Virus record (IMG/VR): IMGVR_UViG_3300007512_001108
Location: 1-64,000 of that record
DNA: 64,000 bases
Source of the DNA: a virus
Strand: one strand, 5' to 3'
Made by a program: the position numbers and the translations under genes. Below are positions 29,346 to 39,346 of the stretch, one piece after another; the first letter of the stretch is position 1, and each line of letters opens with the position of its first letter. Under the pieces are notes generated by a model. The model was not told the origin of the DNA. It ran no database searches and saw only the letters and a program-made list of their open reading frames with translations.

Positions 29346-29999
29346 CTATTCTAAATAATCTTCTGGATGTGGACTCCAATCTTTCCAATCTTTTCCATAT
29401 TCTGGGTCATTATCATCTCTAAACGGCTCCCAATCTTCTTTAAGTTCTCCTCCCATTATACTCTCTAAATCAAAGTTTTCAAGTAAACCTTCTGAAATCA
29501 TTTGAAAAAATATTTCTGGTGGAATCGCAAGATTGACTACTATAGAATTTGGTTCTATAAGTTGACTGTAATCTACTTTTTCTTCTTTTGGCACAAAACC
29601 ATTTGATTTTGATTCTCTTGACTGTAGTATTTCTTGCATTATTTTTAATTTTTCTATTGGGTCTTCGGTTTTTTCCATTCTGTCTAACTGTTCTTTTAAT
29701 CTATCTTCTTTGGTTTTTTCAATATTATATAAATCTACCAACTCAATTTCTGGTGTTAAAAACATAGCAATCCAATCACGAGGAATGGTTGTGATTTGGT
29801 CTTTTGAAAACTGTAACCAATTTCTAAACATCAAAATGTCCTTTTGTTTATCGCCTTCAAATAGGGACTTAACCTGCATTTGCATCGGTCTTTCTATTAT
29901 AAGGTCTTTTCCTCTTTTACCTTTTATTCTGGTAATTACATCTTGACCACTTCTCAAACGAAGTATTCTATATGAACTTGGGACTTTTTGGGATTTCAT
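29346..29999 (-). CDS. Conserved T4-like hypothetical protein (Sm-like N-terminal domain)
   Basis: ILRLRSGQDVI...RPM...NW pattern; occupies the usual uvsW-gp55 position. Confidence 0.5.
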   Translation of the reverse strand: MKSQKVPSSYRILRLRSGQDVITRIKGKRGKDLIIERPMQMQVKSLFEGDKQKDILMFRNWLQFSKDQITTIPRDWIAMFLTPEIELVDLYNIEKTKEDRLKEQLDRMEKTEDPIEKLKIMQEILQSRESKSNGFVPKEEKVDYSQLIEPNSIVVNLAIPPEIFFQMISEGLLENFDLESIMGGELKEDWEPFRDDNDPEYGKDWKDWSPHPEDYLE

Positions 30000-30010
30000 T
30001 TTCTCTCCAT

Positions 30011-31519
30011 TTATAATCTTACTACCACTGGATTATAATTAAATTTTTCAGACTTGTATATTTTTATTCTTTCAGAAAAATGCCTCAAGGTGTGATTTTT
30101 ATAAGACTTCCAAGACAAATCGTCACCTATATCATATAATTTGGCAATTCCTTTGTTTTTTGATTTCCGTAATTGTCTACCGATACTTTGCAGTACCCTA
30201 ATTCTAGATTTTGAGGGGGATGCAAATATGATATTGTTAAGTTTTCTGATAGAAATTCCTGTACTAAAAGTACCATATGATGCAACGATAATGGCATCAT
30301 CATTCTTTTCAACAATATGTCTAATTTCTTCTCTAACCTCAACATTTGTTCCTCCATACACAAAAAATACTTTTCTGTTCGAGTGAACTTTATCTTTTAA
30401 CATACTATATAGGACTTTTCCGTGTTCGTCTACAAACTGGAACAATATAAGTGTATTACCCTTTAAATTAGAAGCCATATCTGTTATAAAATTATTTCTT
30501 TTTTTATTGGTTATTAACCATTTCATCTCATCTTGATATTTTGCTCGTTTGACCTCTTTCTTTTCTTCATCTTCATATTTAAGAACTATAGTATCTATTT
30601 CTAATTGAGAAAGCAATTCTTTGTCCATTAATTCTTTTGTTGTTACTACATCATATACAGGTCCGAATAAACCTTCGATTACCAACTTATGTGTTTGTGT
30701 TCCGTCTAGAGTCCCTGTAGTCCCCACACGGTACGGACAATCGGTTAATTTCGTCATTAGGGTTGTGAGGGACTTGGATTTAAATAAATGACATTCATCT
30801 CCAAAAACCGCACCATATTGGTCAAAATATTCCTTTGGTAGTTTGTATATGCTTTGCCAAGTTGAAATAACTACCTTACAAGACTTACAGGTTTTATCCC
30901 TTCCCGCAAAGACAATATGTGTATCCTTTTCTACATCAAAGGTGTGGTCTATTTGAGAATATTCTGCAAAATCTGAATACATTTGAGATACCAACGAAGT
31001 GGTAGGAACTATAATTAATATCTTTTTATCCTTTGGGATTTTCTTCATATAGTATCTGATAAGGGAATATATTATTAAACTTTTTCCTGATGCGGTAGGA
31101 GAAAGAAGCAAACATCTGTCATTGTTTATTGCGTGTGTAATGGCATTAACTTGATGGTCGTGAGAAACAATCATTTCATCGGATGCGATTGGTTGCAATT
31201 CGATATCAACATATTTTCTAGTTTCTTCAGTTGTAATAGAATTTTGATTTTGAAACTCTTCTGGTTTTATAATTTGTATATTATAACTTCTATCTTCTGC
31301 AAACTTATAAATGTAATTTAGAAGTCCTGCATATATGGTTTGTCCGTATACATTATATAATTTAATAGTACCGTCCCACATTTTATTTTTATATTGTGGC
31401 ATAAACTTATAGCCAGGAACTTTAAAGGTAAAGAAATCAGATAACTCTTTTGCGATTCCCCTTTCACATCTAACCTTTATGTTTACCGTATCTACTTTTT
31501 CTATGATTAAATCACTCAT
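30011..31519 (-). CDS. uvsW: SF2 helicase UvsW
   Basis: WDGTIKL, SPTASGKS, DECH and QSIGRQLR. Confidence 0.97.
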   Translation of the reverse strand: MSDLIIEKVDTVNIKVRCERGIAKELSDFFTFKVPGYKFMPQYKNKMWDGTIKLYNVYGQTIYAGLLNYIYKFAEDRSYNIQIIKPEEFQNQNSITTEETRKYVDIELQPIASDEMIVSHDHQVNAITHAINNDRCLLLSPTASGKSLIIYSLIRYYMKKIPKDKKILIIVPTTSLVSQMYSDFAEYSQIDHTFDVEKDTHIVFAGRDKTCKSCKVVISTWQSIYKLPKEYFDQYGAVFGDECHLFKSKSLTTLMTKLTDCPYRVGTTGTLDGTQTHKLVIEGLFGPVYDVVTTKELMDKELLSQLEIDTIVLKYEDEEKKEVKRAKYQDEMKWLITNKKRNNFITDMASNLKGNTLILFQFVDEHGKVLYSMLKDKVHSNRKVFFVYGGTNVEVREEIRHIVEKNDDAIIVASYGTFSTGISIRKLNNIIFASPSKSRIRVLQSIGRQLRKSKNKGIAKLYDIGDDLSWKSYKNHTLRHFSERIKIYKSEKFNYNPVVVRL

Positions 31520-31535
31520 ATCATTACACTATGTA

Positions 31536-32051
31536 TTATGGAAAAAAGGGTTTTCCGTCAAAATTTATGGATACTGCTCCATCGAATATAGAACCTTCCC
31601 AATATGCACAGACAATTCCAGATTCTTTTAACATCTGAATTCCGTTTTCACAAGAATCTTTCCATCTATCTGGCATAATATCTAATAGATTCTTGTGTCC
31701 TATTACCTTTGTAATTCCCGATTGTATGATTGCTCTTGCACAATCACAACAAGAATACCAAGGACAACACATCCACAATCCTTGTGTTGGCATTCCTCGT
31801 TCTACTGCTTTGTATATCACATTTCTTTCTGCGTGTTCTACAAAACAATACTTATTTGGTCTTTCCCACCTTTCTGGTTTATCGTGTACACCTCTTGGTA
31901 ATCCATTACATTCTCCTAGCAGTATACCCTTACTTTGATGTATAAGGATTGCACCATTTTGTGTAGAAGGGTCTATGCTGTGTGTTGCATGAATATATGC
32001 CTGTTTTAGATATACTTCATTCATTATGTCTGTGTTTGGATTATACGCCAC
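31536..32051 (-). CDS. cd: dCMP deaminase
   Basis: HAERN and PWYSCCDCARAIIQSGI zinc-deaminase motifs. Confidence 0.85.
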   Translation of the reverse strand: MAYNPNTDIMNEVYLKQAYIHATHSIDPSTQNGAILIHQSKGILLGECNGLPRGVHDKPERWERPNKYCFVEHAERNVIYKAVERGMPTQGLWMCCPWYSCCDCARAIIQSGITKVIGHKNLLDIMPDRWKDSCENGIQMLKESGIVCAYWEGSIFDGAVSINFDGKPFFP

Positions 32052-32475
32052 TTACAAATTTTCTCCACTCTATTGCATTACGAATCTTCCAGTGTCTTGT
32101 ATTTAATTCTTTAATTATAGATTCTAAGTATTCTATTTTTTCTTTTTGATAATCTACCTTATGGGATATTGTAATAATCTCATCATCAGATTCTAAATAC
32201 TTGTCTATATCCGTCTTTAATATTTTTAAAGGGAATGCCTCAAGACCCAATTCATTAAGTGTATCTTCATCTAATTTACCAGTATAATACTCCCACTTAA
32301 TTCGTATAGACTTTTTAAGTTCACTAGTAAGTTTGGAAAGTAATAACTTTTCATCGTGATAGATGTTAAGATATTTGTTGTGTAGTTGTGGCAACTTTAA
32401 AGATTCCAAATCTAATGCTGTGTAATCAATAGAACAGTCTTCTTTTGCCATCTTTCGTATTTCTTCTAATTTCAT
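32041..32475 (-). CDS. uvsY: Recombination mediator UvsY
   Basis: ESLKLPQLHNKY...WEYYTGK...IRNAIEWRKF. Start moved to the ATG at 32475, which follows a GGAG SD. Confidence 0.93.
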   Translation of the reverse strand: MKLEEIRKMAKEDCSIDYTALDLESLKLPQLHNKYLNIYHDEKLLLSKLTSELKKSIRIKWEYYTGKLDEDTLNELGLEAFPLKILKTDIDKYLESDDEIITISHKVDYQKEKIEYLESIIKELNTRHWKIRNAIEWRKFVSGV

Positions 32476-32499
32476 AATATTACTCCAATGTGTATACAA

Positions 32500-32527
32500 A
32501 GTATAACACAAAAAAATTAAAAATCAA
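32500..32527 (-). promoter_or_regulatory. Sigma70-type promoter for uvsY
   Basis: TTGATT-16 nt-TATACT with an extended -10 (TGT). Confidence 0.6.
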
Positions 32528-33106
32528 TCATAATTTTTTAATATCGTATGAAGTAAATGCAAAAGTGGCACTGCCTATAACTGGTTCTGAATCATCTGTA
32601 GTACTTGTGAAGTTTATACCAGAAAGTGATTTTGGAAAAATATCTTTAAATTCTATTTCTAAATTTGGCTTCATTGCGCTATTTAATATAATCAATCTAG
32701 CATCTGAAAAATGGGTTGTTGGTTCTGTTTCAAACTCATCATAGTCTTCTACATTTTTAAGACTTCTCATCCAATTGAAAATCTCTCTCCAGTTTTCCAT
32801 ATCTTCATCTACAATAAAACTTATTTCTAAATCGCCGTATGTAAATGAATTGCCAGGATGTTTGATTGGAATAAATACCGTTGGTTGTTCCATTTCTCCA
32901 AGATTAACATCTGGAATGTTTGCCGCTTGACAAAAATAAGTTATATTAGGAGTTCTGGTAAGAAGAAATCTAAATCCTGTAGTTAACAATGGATTTGGAT
33001 TGGATATATTTCTATCATTGATATCCAAAGGAACACCACCAAAGTGAGTTGCTCTTTCAACAATTCCAAAATAATCTGCTTGTGTAATCTTTTTTGCCTT
33101 TGCCAT
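32528..33106 (-). CDS. 3: Tail completion/tube terminator gp3
   Basis: YFCQAANIP...FIVDEDMENWREIFNWM...FKDIFPKSLSG; follows gp23. Confidence 0.9.
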   Translation of the reverse strand: MAKAKKITQADYFGIVERATHFGGVPLDINDRNISNPNPLLTTGFRFLLTRTPNITYFCQAANIPDVNLGEMEQPTVFIPIKHPGNSFTYGDLEISFIVDEDMENWREIFNWMRSLKNVEDYDEFETEPTTHFSDARLIILNSAMKPNLEIEFKDIFPKSLSGINFTSTTDDSEPVIGSATFAFTSYDIKKL

Positions 33107-33131
33107 ATAATAATTCTCCTATAGTATGTAT

Positions 33132-33165
33132 AAAAGAAAAAGGGAGTCCCCAAAAGGACTCCCTT
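33132..33165 (-). terminator. Rho-independent terminator after gp23
   Basis: 10-bp stem AAGGGAGTCC/GGACTCCCTT with a 6-nt loop, followed by TTTTTCTTTT on the minus strand. Confidence 0.9.
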
Positions 33166-33190
33166 ATCTTATTCCTTAACAACTACTGTA

Positions 33191-34651
33191 TTAGGAGTTC
33201 AAACCGTGAAGGTTATCTACTCTAAAGATACGGTAGTATTGGTTGTTTCGGATTGCACCCTGAGTGTGTGGGTCAGAGTCATTTACGAATGGGTTGTTTA
33301 CCATTCCGTAACGAGTTTTAAACCCGATTTTTGGTTGGAAAGTGTTTTCCCCAACGGCACGAACCATTTGTAGTGGAACATATGGACAGTAGAACATACC
33401 AGCATCATACGGGCTAGTTCCACGATATCCTACACATACAAAGTCTTTTGCAAGTGTGGAAATACCAGTTCCTGAATATGGGTCAACATAAACTTTAATC
33501 TTACCACCACCAACTGTACCGACAAAAGTGTTACCTGTGTCATCTACATTTGCGACTGCTTGGTCACCACCAGAAAGTTGCATCCAACCACTCATTGCAA
33601 GAGCGGAAGCAACATCTGCGGAACAAAGGATAAAGTTACCTTTTCCTCTACGAGTTTCTTTTGCAATAGTATTGCATTCTCGTTCGATTTGGAATTGAAG
33701 ACCACGGAATCGTTCAGCACTCCATCGACCATCTGAATCTTGGTCTAGGTCATAAATACCACCAAGTGCGGTTGCGGATGTTGAACCTGCAGCGGGTGCG
33801 GCAGAGAAACCATCGTTAGCACCACGACCTGCGTAGTATAGGTCTTGCTGTTGGCAACCCAACTTAGCATTGATGTAGATTGTACGAACTACTTCTCGGT
33901 TAATTTCAGCAAGAATTTCGTTGCTAAGAATGTTAGCAAGTTCTGTTTCTGCATCCAAACCGTGGACTGCTTTCAAGTCCTGTGCGAGTTCAGTTGTATA
34001 TTCTGCTTTCAACGCACGGGTTTTAGCAGCGACTGCTGTTCTTTCGATGCTGAATGCCATTTGTTGGAAACTTGATGCGTTCAAGTTTTCAGCGGCTGAT
34101 GTTGACATTGCTGGGTTTACACCGTAATCAGCACCAACTGTACCACCACCTGTACCAACTGCACCTAATGTAATACCTTCGGAGAATAGTGGGTCACCAC
34201 CGCCTCGGTTATTACCTGTACCTGTTGCTGCCCAACCACCGTGATTACCTGCTGAAGCACCACCGAATGATGTTCGTGCTTCGTTGTATAGTGCTTCGTC
34301 ATATGGTTGACCATCATACTTAGCCTTCATTGCAAAGATAAGTCCTGTAGGACCTGTCATTGGTTGAACACCACATACATCGTATGCGATTAGGTTAGGC
34401 ATTGCTCGTCTAACAAGTGAGATAAGAATTGGGTCGTATCCCTGCATGTTTGAGTTTGAGTTATTTGTAGCGAGTCCAAGTCCACCACCAACTGCGTTGC
34501 TGACTTCGTTAATTGCTACTTCTTGATTTTCCAATAAAATTGCAGTAACTCTCTTCTTATAAGTATCTTCAATCTTTGGCATATCGTTATGCTCAATGAT
34601 TGGCGACCACTTTTCTTGAAGTTGTTCTGCAGCGACTAAAGTAGGGTCCAT
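33191..34651 (-). CDS. 23: Major capsid protein gp23
   Basis: LVRRAMPNLIAYDVCGVQPMTGPTGLIFAM, ELAQDLKAVHGLDAE and FQPKIGFKTRYG. Confidence 0.99.
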   Translation of the reverse strand: MDPTLVAAEQLQEKWSPIIEHNDMPKIEDTYKKRVTAILLENQEVAINEVSNAVGGGLGLATNNSNSNMQGYDPILISLVRRAMPNLIAYDVCGVQPMTGPTGLIFAMKAKYDGQPYDEALYNEARTSFGGASAGNHGGWAATGTGNNRGGGDPLFSEGITLGAVGTGGGTVGADYGVNPAMSTSAAENLNASSFQQMAFSIERTAVAAKTRALKAEYTTELAQDLKAVHGLDAETELANILSNEILAEINREVVRTIYINAKLGCQQQDLYYAGRGANDGFSAAPAAGSTSATALGGIYDLDQDSDGRWSAERFRGLQFQIERECNTIAKETRRGKGNFILCSADVASALAMSGWMQLSGGDQAVANVDDTGNTFVGTVGGGKIKVYVDPYSGTGISTLAKDFVCVGYRGTSPYDAGMFYCPYVPLQMVRAVGENTFQPKIGFKTRYGMVNNPFVNDSDPHTQGAIRNNQYYRIFRVDNLHGLNS

Positions 34652-34723
34652 TGCATTTCTCCTCTGTTTGTTAAATTCTAACTTTACTACTTGTTATAGT
34701 TTAATTAAAAACTGTTTGCGACT

Positions 34724-34731
34724 TATTTATA
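34724..34731 (-). promoter_or_regulatory. Late promoter for gp23
   Basis: Intergenic TATAAATA. Confidence 0.8.
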
Positions 34732-34743
34732 CTTTCTTGACAT

Positions 34744-35997
34744 TCAAGAGAGTTTGTTGTATGACGAATGTTTTGAGATTGCTCTCATATAATCTGCCAT
34801 TTGTCCTTTTACTTCACCTTTACTTTCTTTTTCTGTTTCTTCTGTAAGTACAGTTTCTTCAAAGTTTGATGATTCAGGATTAGTTTTGTTGAAATATGAT
34901 TCTTTAAGAAGATTTAATTTTTCTTTATATGTTTCTTCTGTATCATATTCGATACCTTCTGCTAGTGAACGAAGTTTTTCAACTTCTGTGTCTACTAGAC
35001 CCACACATACTTCTGTGAATGCTTTAGAACAAACATTTTCTAGAAGTTCTTTCTTTAATTCGATATTCTTTTCGATTTGCTCATTAAGTTGAGTTTCCAT
35101 ATCAGTAATCTTAGTTAAGGATGACTCAACAATATCATACTTTTCGTCTGGAATTTCAACATAGTGTTGTTCGAACAAATCTTTAAGACCATTAATGAAA
35201 CTTTCAGAAACTTCTGAACGAATACCACTATCTACTGCTAGTTCGTTTTCTTTCATCCATTCCTCTACAACATAGTTTAGATAATCATCTAATTTAGTTG
35301 TTAACTCTTCATTAAGTTTTTCAACTTCTTCTGTAAGAGCAGTTTCGTATTGTGTGTTAAGGTCTTCTTGAATTGCTTTAACTTGTTCGTTAACAGCGGC
35401 TTCAAAGATAGTTGTTGCTTTGGTTCGGAATTCTTCACTTAGGTCTTCCCCAGAGAACAATGCAGATACTGCTTCTTTAGTACCCTTCATTGTTTCTTTA
35501 GTAGCATCACCAGTCTTAGATGGTTTCATCTTTGGTTCTTTTGCTTTCTTTTTACCTTTAGGGGTAGGAGTTGCCTTTTTACCTTCAGCATCTTGGTTAT
35601 CATCGACATCTAGGATAGTTTCTGATTCGTCAATTTCTTCATCATCGTCTTTCCCGTTCTTGCCGTTTTTACCATTCTTACCGTTCTTCTTTAACCAAGG
35701 GGGTAGTTTACCTTCATCGACTTCATCTTCGTCATCATCATCATCTTCGTCATCGTCTTCGTCTTCATTAGTTGATTTAGATTTTGATTCTTTGACTTCA
35801 TCTTCGTCATCGTCATCGTCATCATCTTCAGCATCATCATCTTCATTAGTTGCTTTGGATTTTGCTTCTTCGAGTTCGAGGTCTTCTAGAATTTCTTCTG
35901 CTACTTCTTCGGTTGTATCGTCAGCACTTTCTGAAATAGGTGCTGTGTCCCGTTCCAAAATTTCCCTTGCTACTTGAATTGCATCTTTATAGCCCAT
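34744..35997 (-). CDS. 22: Prohead core scaffolding protein gp22
   Basis: LSEEFRTKATTIFEAAV...DDYLNYVVEEWMKEN...ESFINGLKDLF...LKESYF. Confidence 0.95.
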   Translation of the reverse strand: MGYKDAIQVAREILERDTAPISESADDTTEEVAEEILEDLELEEAKSKATNEDDDAEDDDDDDDEDEVKESKSKSTNEDEDDDEDDDDDEDEVDEGKLPPWLKKNGKNGKNGKNGKDDDEEIDESETILDVDDNQDAEGKKATPTPKGKKKAKEPKMKPSKTGDATKETMKGTKEAVSALFSGEDLSEEFRTKATTIFEAAVNEQVKAIQEDLNTQYETALTEEVEKLNEELTTKLDDYLNYVVEEWMKENELAVDSGIRSEVSESFINGLKDLFEQHYVEIPDEKYDIVESSLTKITDMETQLNEQIEKNIELKKELLENVCSKAFTEVCVGLVDTEVEKLRSLAEGIEYDTEETYKEKLNLLKESYFNKTNPESSNFEETVLTEETEKESKGEVKGQMADYMRAISKHSSYNKLS

Positions 35998-36062
35998 TTG
36001 ACTAACTCCTTTTAATTTCTTTGTATCTATCTATTAAAGATAAAAATTAACTATTATCCTAC

Positions 36063-36070
36063 TATTTATA
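36063..36070 (-). promoter_or_regulatory. Late promoter for gp22
   Basis: TATAAATA overlapping the gp21 stop codon. Confidence 0.65.
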
Positions 36071-36731
36071 CATTTCTAATTTTAGAGAGGAAGTTTTTGA
36101 ACACATCTAACTTCTTTTCTTCCAACTCTTGTTTTGATTCCCTAGATGCTCTATTTATCATAGAACAATACGAATTTAAGTCCTGTTCTTTTAATATTCC
36201 ATTATCCCAAATCCACGCTTTACCTTCCATAATGCCATTTACAAAGGCATCAGGTGCGGATGGGTCTGCAACAATATCGATTGCAGAAAGCATAAAGTCT
36301 TTTTGAACTTCATTTATGCCATTTACTTGTTTGAGTGTTCCCATACCTCTAGAAGAAACACCTAATTTGACTCCACCCTCCATTAGATTTTTTACAATTT
36401 TACCATATGGAGTTTCTAAAATCTTTGCTTTACCTATAATATTATCTCCATCTGCTTTTAATGATTCAACTAGATGAGATACTCTTTCTAGATTTACTGT
36501 AGGTCCTTCTGGGTGACCTAATTCACCCATTGCTCTACCTTCTTTTACATAATCGTTTTGATATCTTTTTGCTTCTTTCATAAGAACGGATTTTGGATAT
36601 ATTCTACCGTTTCTATTTTTTTGTTCAGATTGCATAAAAATACCTTCAATGTAGTATTCTTTTACTCCATTTTTTTTATCTTCTACAAGAAATTTAATAT
36701 CTTCTGCGTGTTCTGTGATTAGTTTTAACAT
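36066..36731 (-). CDS. 21: Prohead protease gp21
   Basis: NRNGRIYP, GELGHP, GVSSRGMG and DIVADPSAPDAFV. Confidence 0.97.
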   Translation of the reverse strand: MLKLITEHAEDIKFLVEDKKNGVKEYYIEGIFMQSEQKNRNGRIYPKSVLMKEAKRYQNDYVKEGRAMGELGHPEGPTVNLERVSHLVESLKADGDNIIGKAKILETPYGKIVKNLMEGGVKLGVSSRGMGTLKQVNGINEVQKDFMLSAIDIVADPSAPDAFVNGIMEGKAWIWDNGILKEQDLNSYCSMINRASRESKQELEEKKLDVFKNFLSKIRNV

Positions 36732-37183
36732 TATGCTTCTGCTCTTTTTCGTTGTTTTTCTTTCTTCATCTGAACGGAGAGGTCACGAATCTTTTCTTGA
36801 CTTGCAGCCATTTTTTCTTTTTCTTTTGCAATATCTAATTCAGCGCCTTCATCAACACCCGTTTCTTTTTCTTTGTCGGACTTCCAGTTTTTATCCACAT
36901 AATTATAGAATTCTTTCTTCTTATCACCTTCAAGTTTATCTGGTGCTGTTACTCCAAATTTTTTCAATGCTGATTTGAAAAACTTTTGATATTCGTCACC
37001 ATCATCATCGGATTCGTGTTGAACACTTTCATTACCATTGTTACAACCACATCCTTCGGACATTTCTTTTTTATCTTGGATAGATTCTTCAATCTTCAAA
37101 TACAAAGCATCAAAGATGGTTTCTGTTGCATCTTTATAGTTTCCTTCTTTGACATTATTAAGTAAATCTGTTAATTGAGCCAT
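36731..37183 (-). CDS. Putative prohead core protein (gp67/68 position)
   Basis: Acidic helical ORF between gp20 and gp21, containing a YQKFFKSALKKFGV...FYNYVDKNW module. Confidence 0.5.
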   Translation of the reverse strand: MAQLTDLLNNVKEGNYKDATETIFDALYLKIEESIQDKKEMSEGCGCNNGNESVQHESDDDGDEYQKFFKSALKKFGVTAPDKLEGDKKKEFYNYVDKNWKSDKEKETGVDEGAELDIAKEKEKMAASQEKIRDLSVQMKKEKQRKRAEA

Positions 37184-37192
37184 CTCTATCTC

Positions 37193-37768
37193 CTAGTTTA
37201 TGTGTCCTAATAGGGTTTCAACAATATCTGAAGATTCAGAAATCTTATTGATGAATTGTTCTCTTTCATCACTATTTAGTGAATCGTGTATTTCTGCCAA
37301 CAAATTTGCTTCGTTTTTAGTAATAAACATAGAACTTCCATCTTCAAAAATAATTTGTTCTCCATCTTCGCTATTTAAGATGTCAGAAAGTGATTCAGAA
37401 ACTGTTCCTTTCATGTCTTTTGCAACAAGACTCAACATTTGGAGCATTTCTTTATCCTTTATTCCTTTAACATCTACAGTCTTTCCTTTTACTTTGATTA
37501 AATTCTTTTTAACTCCTACTTCAGTGGCAGCACTTACGAATTTCTTTACATCTGATGGACTTTTGAAAGTGTATGTTCCTTCATCCAGTTCAACGGATTC
37601 TTTTATTTCCTCTTTATTTTCTGGTTTAATAAGAGAAGAAGAAATTTCTTTCTTTCGATTTTCTAGTTTATTAGATATTCTGTCTACAACCATATCATTA
37701 AGATGACTTGTAAATTTTGCGCCATCTTTATTTATTACGGATTTTAATAAATTCTTAACATTAGACAT
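37193..37768 (-). CDS. Putative prohead core protein (gp67/68 position)
   Basis: Position after the portal gene; Glu-rich, with LAEIHDSLN..REQF. Confidence 0.5.
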   Translation of the reverse strand: MSNVKNLLKSVINKDGAKFTSHLNDMVVDRISNKLENRKKEISSSLIKPENKEEIKESVELDEGTYTFKSPSDVKKFVSAATEVGVKKNLIKVKGKTVDVKGIKDKEMLQMLSLVAKDMKGTVSESLSDILNSEDGEQIIFEDGSSMFITKNEANLLAEIHDSLNSDEREQFINKISESSDIVETLLGHIN

Positions 37769-37779
37769 TTGTGTTCTCC

Positions 37780-39324
37780 CTAAAATTGGTCTTCTTCGTC
37801 TTCATCTCCAATAATACCAGAAGATTTTTCTTGTTTGATTTGCGAGTCAATATTCTTAACTTCTTCATCTGTTTGACGAAGTATGTTCTTTCTTATGTAT
37901 TCTACTGAGTAGTACTTACCTATATATTCATCCATTGTTTGCAACGCCTCTAGTCTATCTCGTAAAACTTCACTTTCTTTTAATTCTGTAAAATATGAGT
38001 CTTTTGTCCAATTAAAATTCACATCTTGATAGATTCTATTCCAATCATCCTTAGTCATTATGCCTTTTACTATTAATTGAACTCGGAGTGCATTCATAAA
38101 CAATTCTGAAAATTTATTTCGAAGTCTTCCTATAAACTTGAAGAATTTCAATTCATCTCTAGTAATTTCCGCAGACCGTCCCATATTGAAACCGTTTTCT
38201 GCTTCTAGTCTACTAACAGGAATACCCAATGAACGATATAGTTTCTTCTTGAAGTATTCGACATCTTCCATTTCTCCAAGATTTTGACCACCGTCAAGAG
38301 TAGAGATTTCAGTTCCCCTACCACCTTCTCTTCGTGGCATCCAGAAGTCTTCCATCATAGACATGTGTCGTTTATCGTCACGAATCTGTCCAGTATCACT
38401 ATCGTATACTAACTTATTACGATAACGATTCATAATATCACGAAGATATTGTTCTGCTTTATTCTTTGGAAGATTACCAACATCAACATAGAAAACTCTT
38501 CGTTCTGGTGCCCTAGAGATGCGGTAAATAACTACTGCATCTTCAATCATTCGTAATTGATTGAGAGGTTTAATTGCTTTATGTAAGTGACCTAATATTC
38601 TTTTTCTTCCTGCATCATATAATCCACTATGAGTATAACTAACAGAATCTAAAGATACTTTAATACCTTCTACCGAGTGTGTGAGTGTATTAGTTCCAGA
38701 ATAACTTGCCACATTTTCGTTATATACATAAAATTCTTCTACACGGTCTACCACTTCAGAGTTAGAACCAGTAACATTTGGTTTTTTGTGTATTTTTCTT
38801 ACTTTTCTAATATTAAGTGAATCTACTGGTCGCATTTCGATGATACCTTTTTTAGAATTTTCATCTAAAATAATATGGTAGTATAATCTACCATCAATGT
38901 ACCACCTTCGAAACATTTGATATCCCTTATTTTTAAAATTAAGAAGACGAAGAACTTCATCAAATTCTAATTGCATCTTAGATTTAATAGAATCTGGCAA
39001 ATCCACTTCATCTAAAACAATACTTACTGATTGCTTTTTATCATCGTAAATAACAGAATCGTTTGAAATGTCTTCGATTGCTTGTTCAATCTCTGCATGA
39101 GATGACATATCTCTGTATTTTTGGATAAGGTCAATTTCAGTTTTGAGTGTTCCCTCAAAATCTATATAAGAACCAAAATATCCGCCACCTGCTAATGTAA
39201 TAGCACCATCATCGTAGTCAGGGGGAGCGAAAGATTTTGCTTTTCTTTCTTCTTCTCCTGATTTCAGTGATGGTGCCGCTTTACCTTTTCTGCTAATAGA
39301 AAATCCAAAAATATCAATTGCCAT
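37780..39324 (-). CDS. 20: Portal protein gp20
   Basis: WYIDGRLYYH, IYRISRAPERRVFYVDVGNLP and DFWMPRREGGRGTEI. Confidence 0.99.
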   Translation of the reverse strand: MAIDIFGFSISRKGKAAPSLKSGEEERKAKSFAPPDYDDGAITLAGGGYFGSYIDFEGTLKTEIDLIQKYRDMSSHAEIEQAIEDISNDSVIYDDKKQSVSIVLDEVDLPDSIKSKMQLEFDEVLRLLNFKNKGYQMFRRWYIDGRLYYHIILDENSKKGIIEMRPVDSLNIRKVRKIHKKPNVTGSNSEVVDRVEEFYVYNENVASYSGTNTLTHSVEGIKVSLDSVSYTHSGLYDAGRKRILGHLHKAIKPLNQLRMIEDAVVIYRISRAPERRVFYVDVGNLPKNKAEQYLRDIMNRYRNKLVYDSDTGQIRDDKRHMSMMEDFWMPRREGGRGTEISTLDGGQNLGEMEDVEYFKKKLYRSLGIPVSRLEAENGFNMGRSAEITRDELKFFKFIGRLRNKFSELFMNALRVQLIVKGIMTKDDWNRIYQDVNFNWTKDSYFTELKESEVLRDRLEALQTMDEYIGKYYSVEYIRKNILRQTDEEVKNIDSQIKQEKSSGIIGDEDEEDQF

Positions 39325-39346
39325 AATATAAAATCCTTAAAATAAG

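Noticed and set aside
35420-35977. Plus-strand 185 aa poly-Ser ORF
   Set aside because: It is the mirror of Asp/Glu codons in gp22 and has no independent support.
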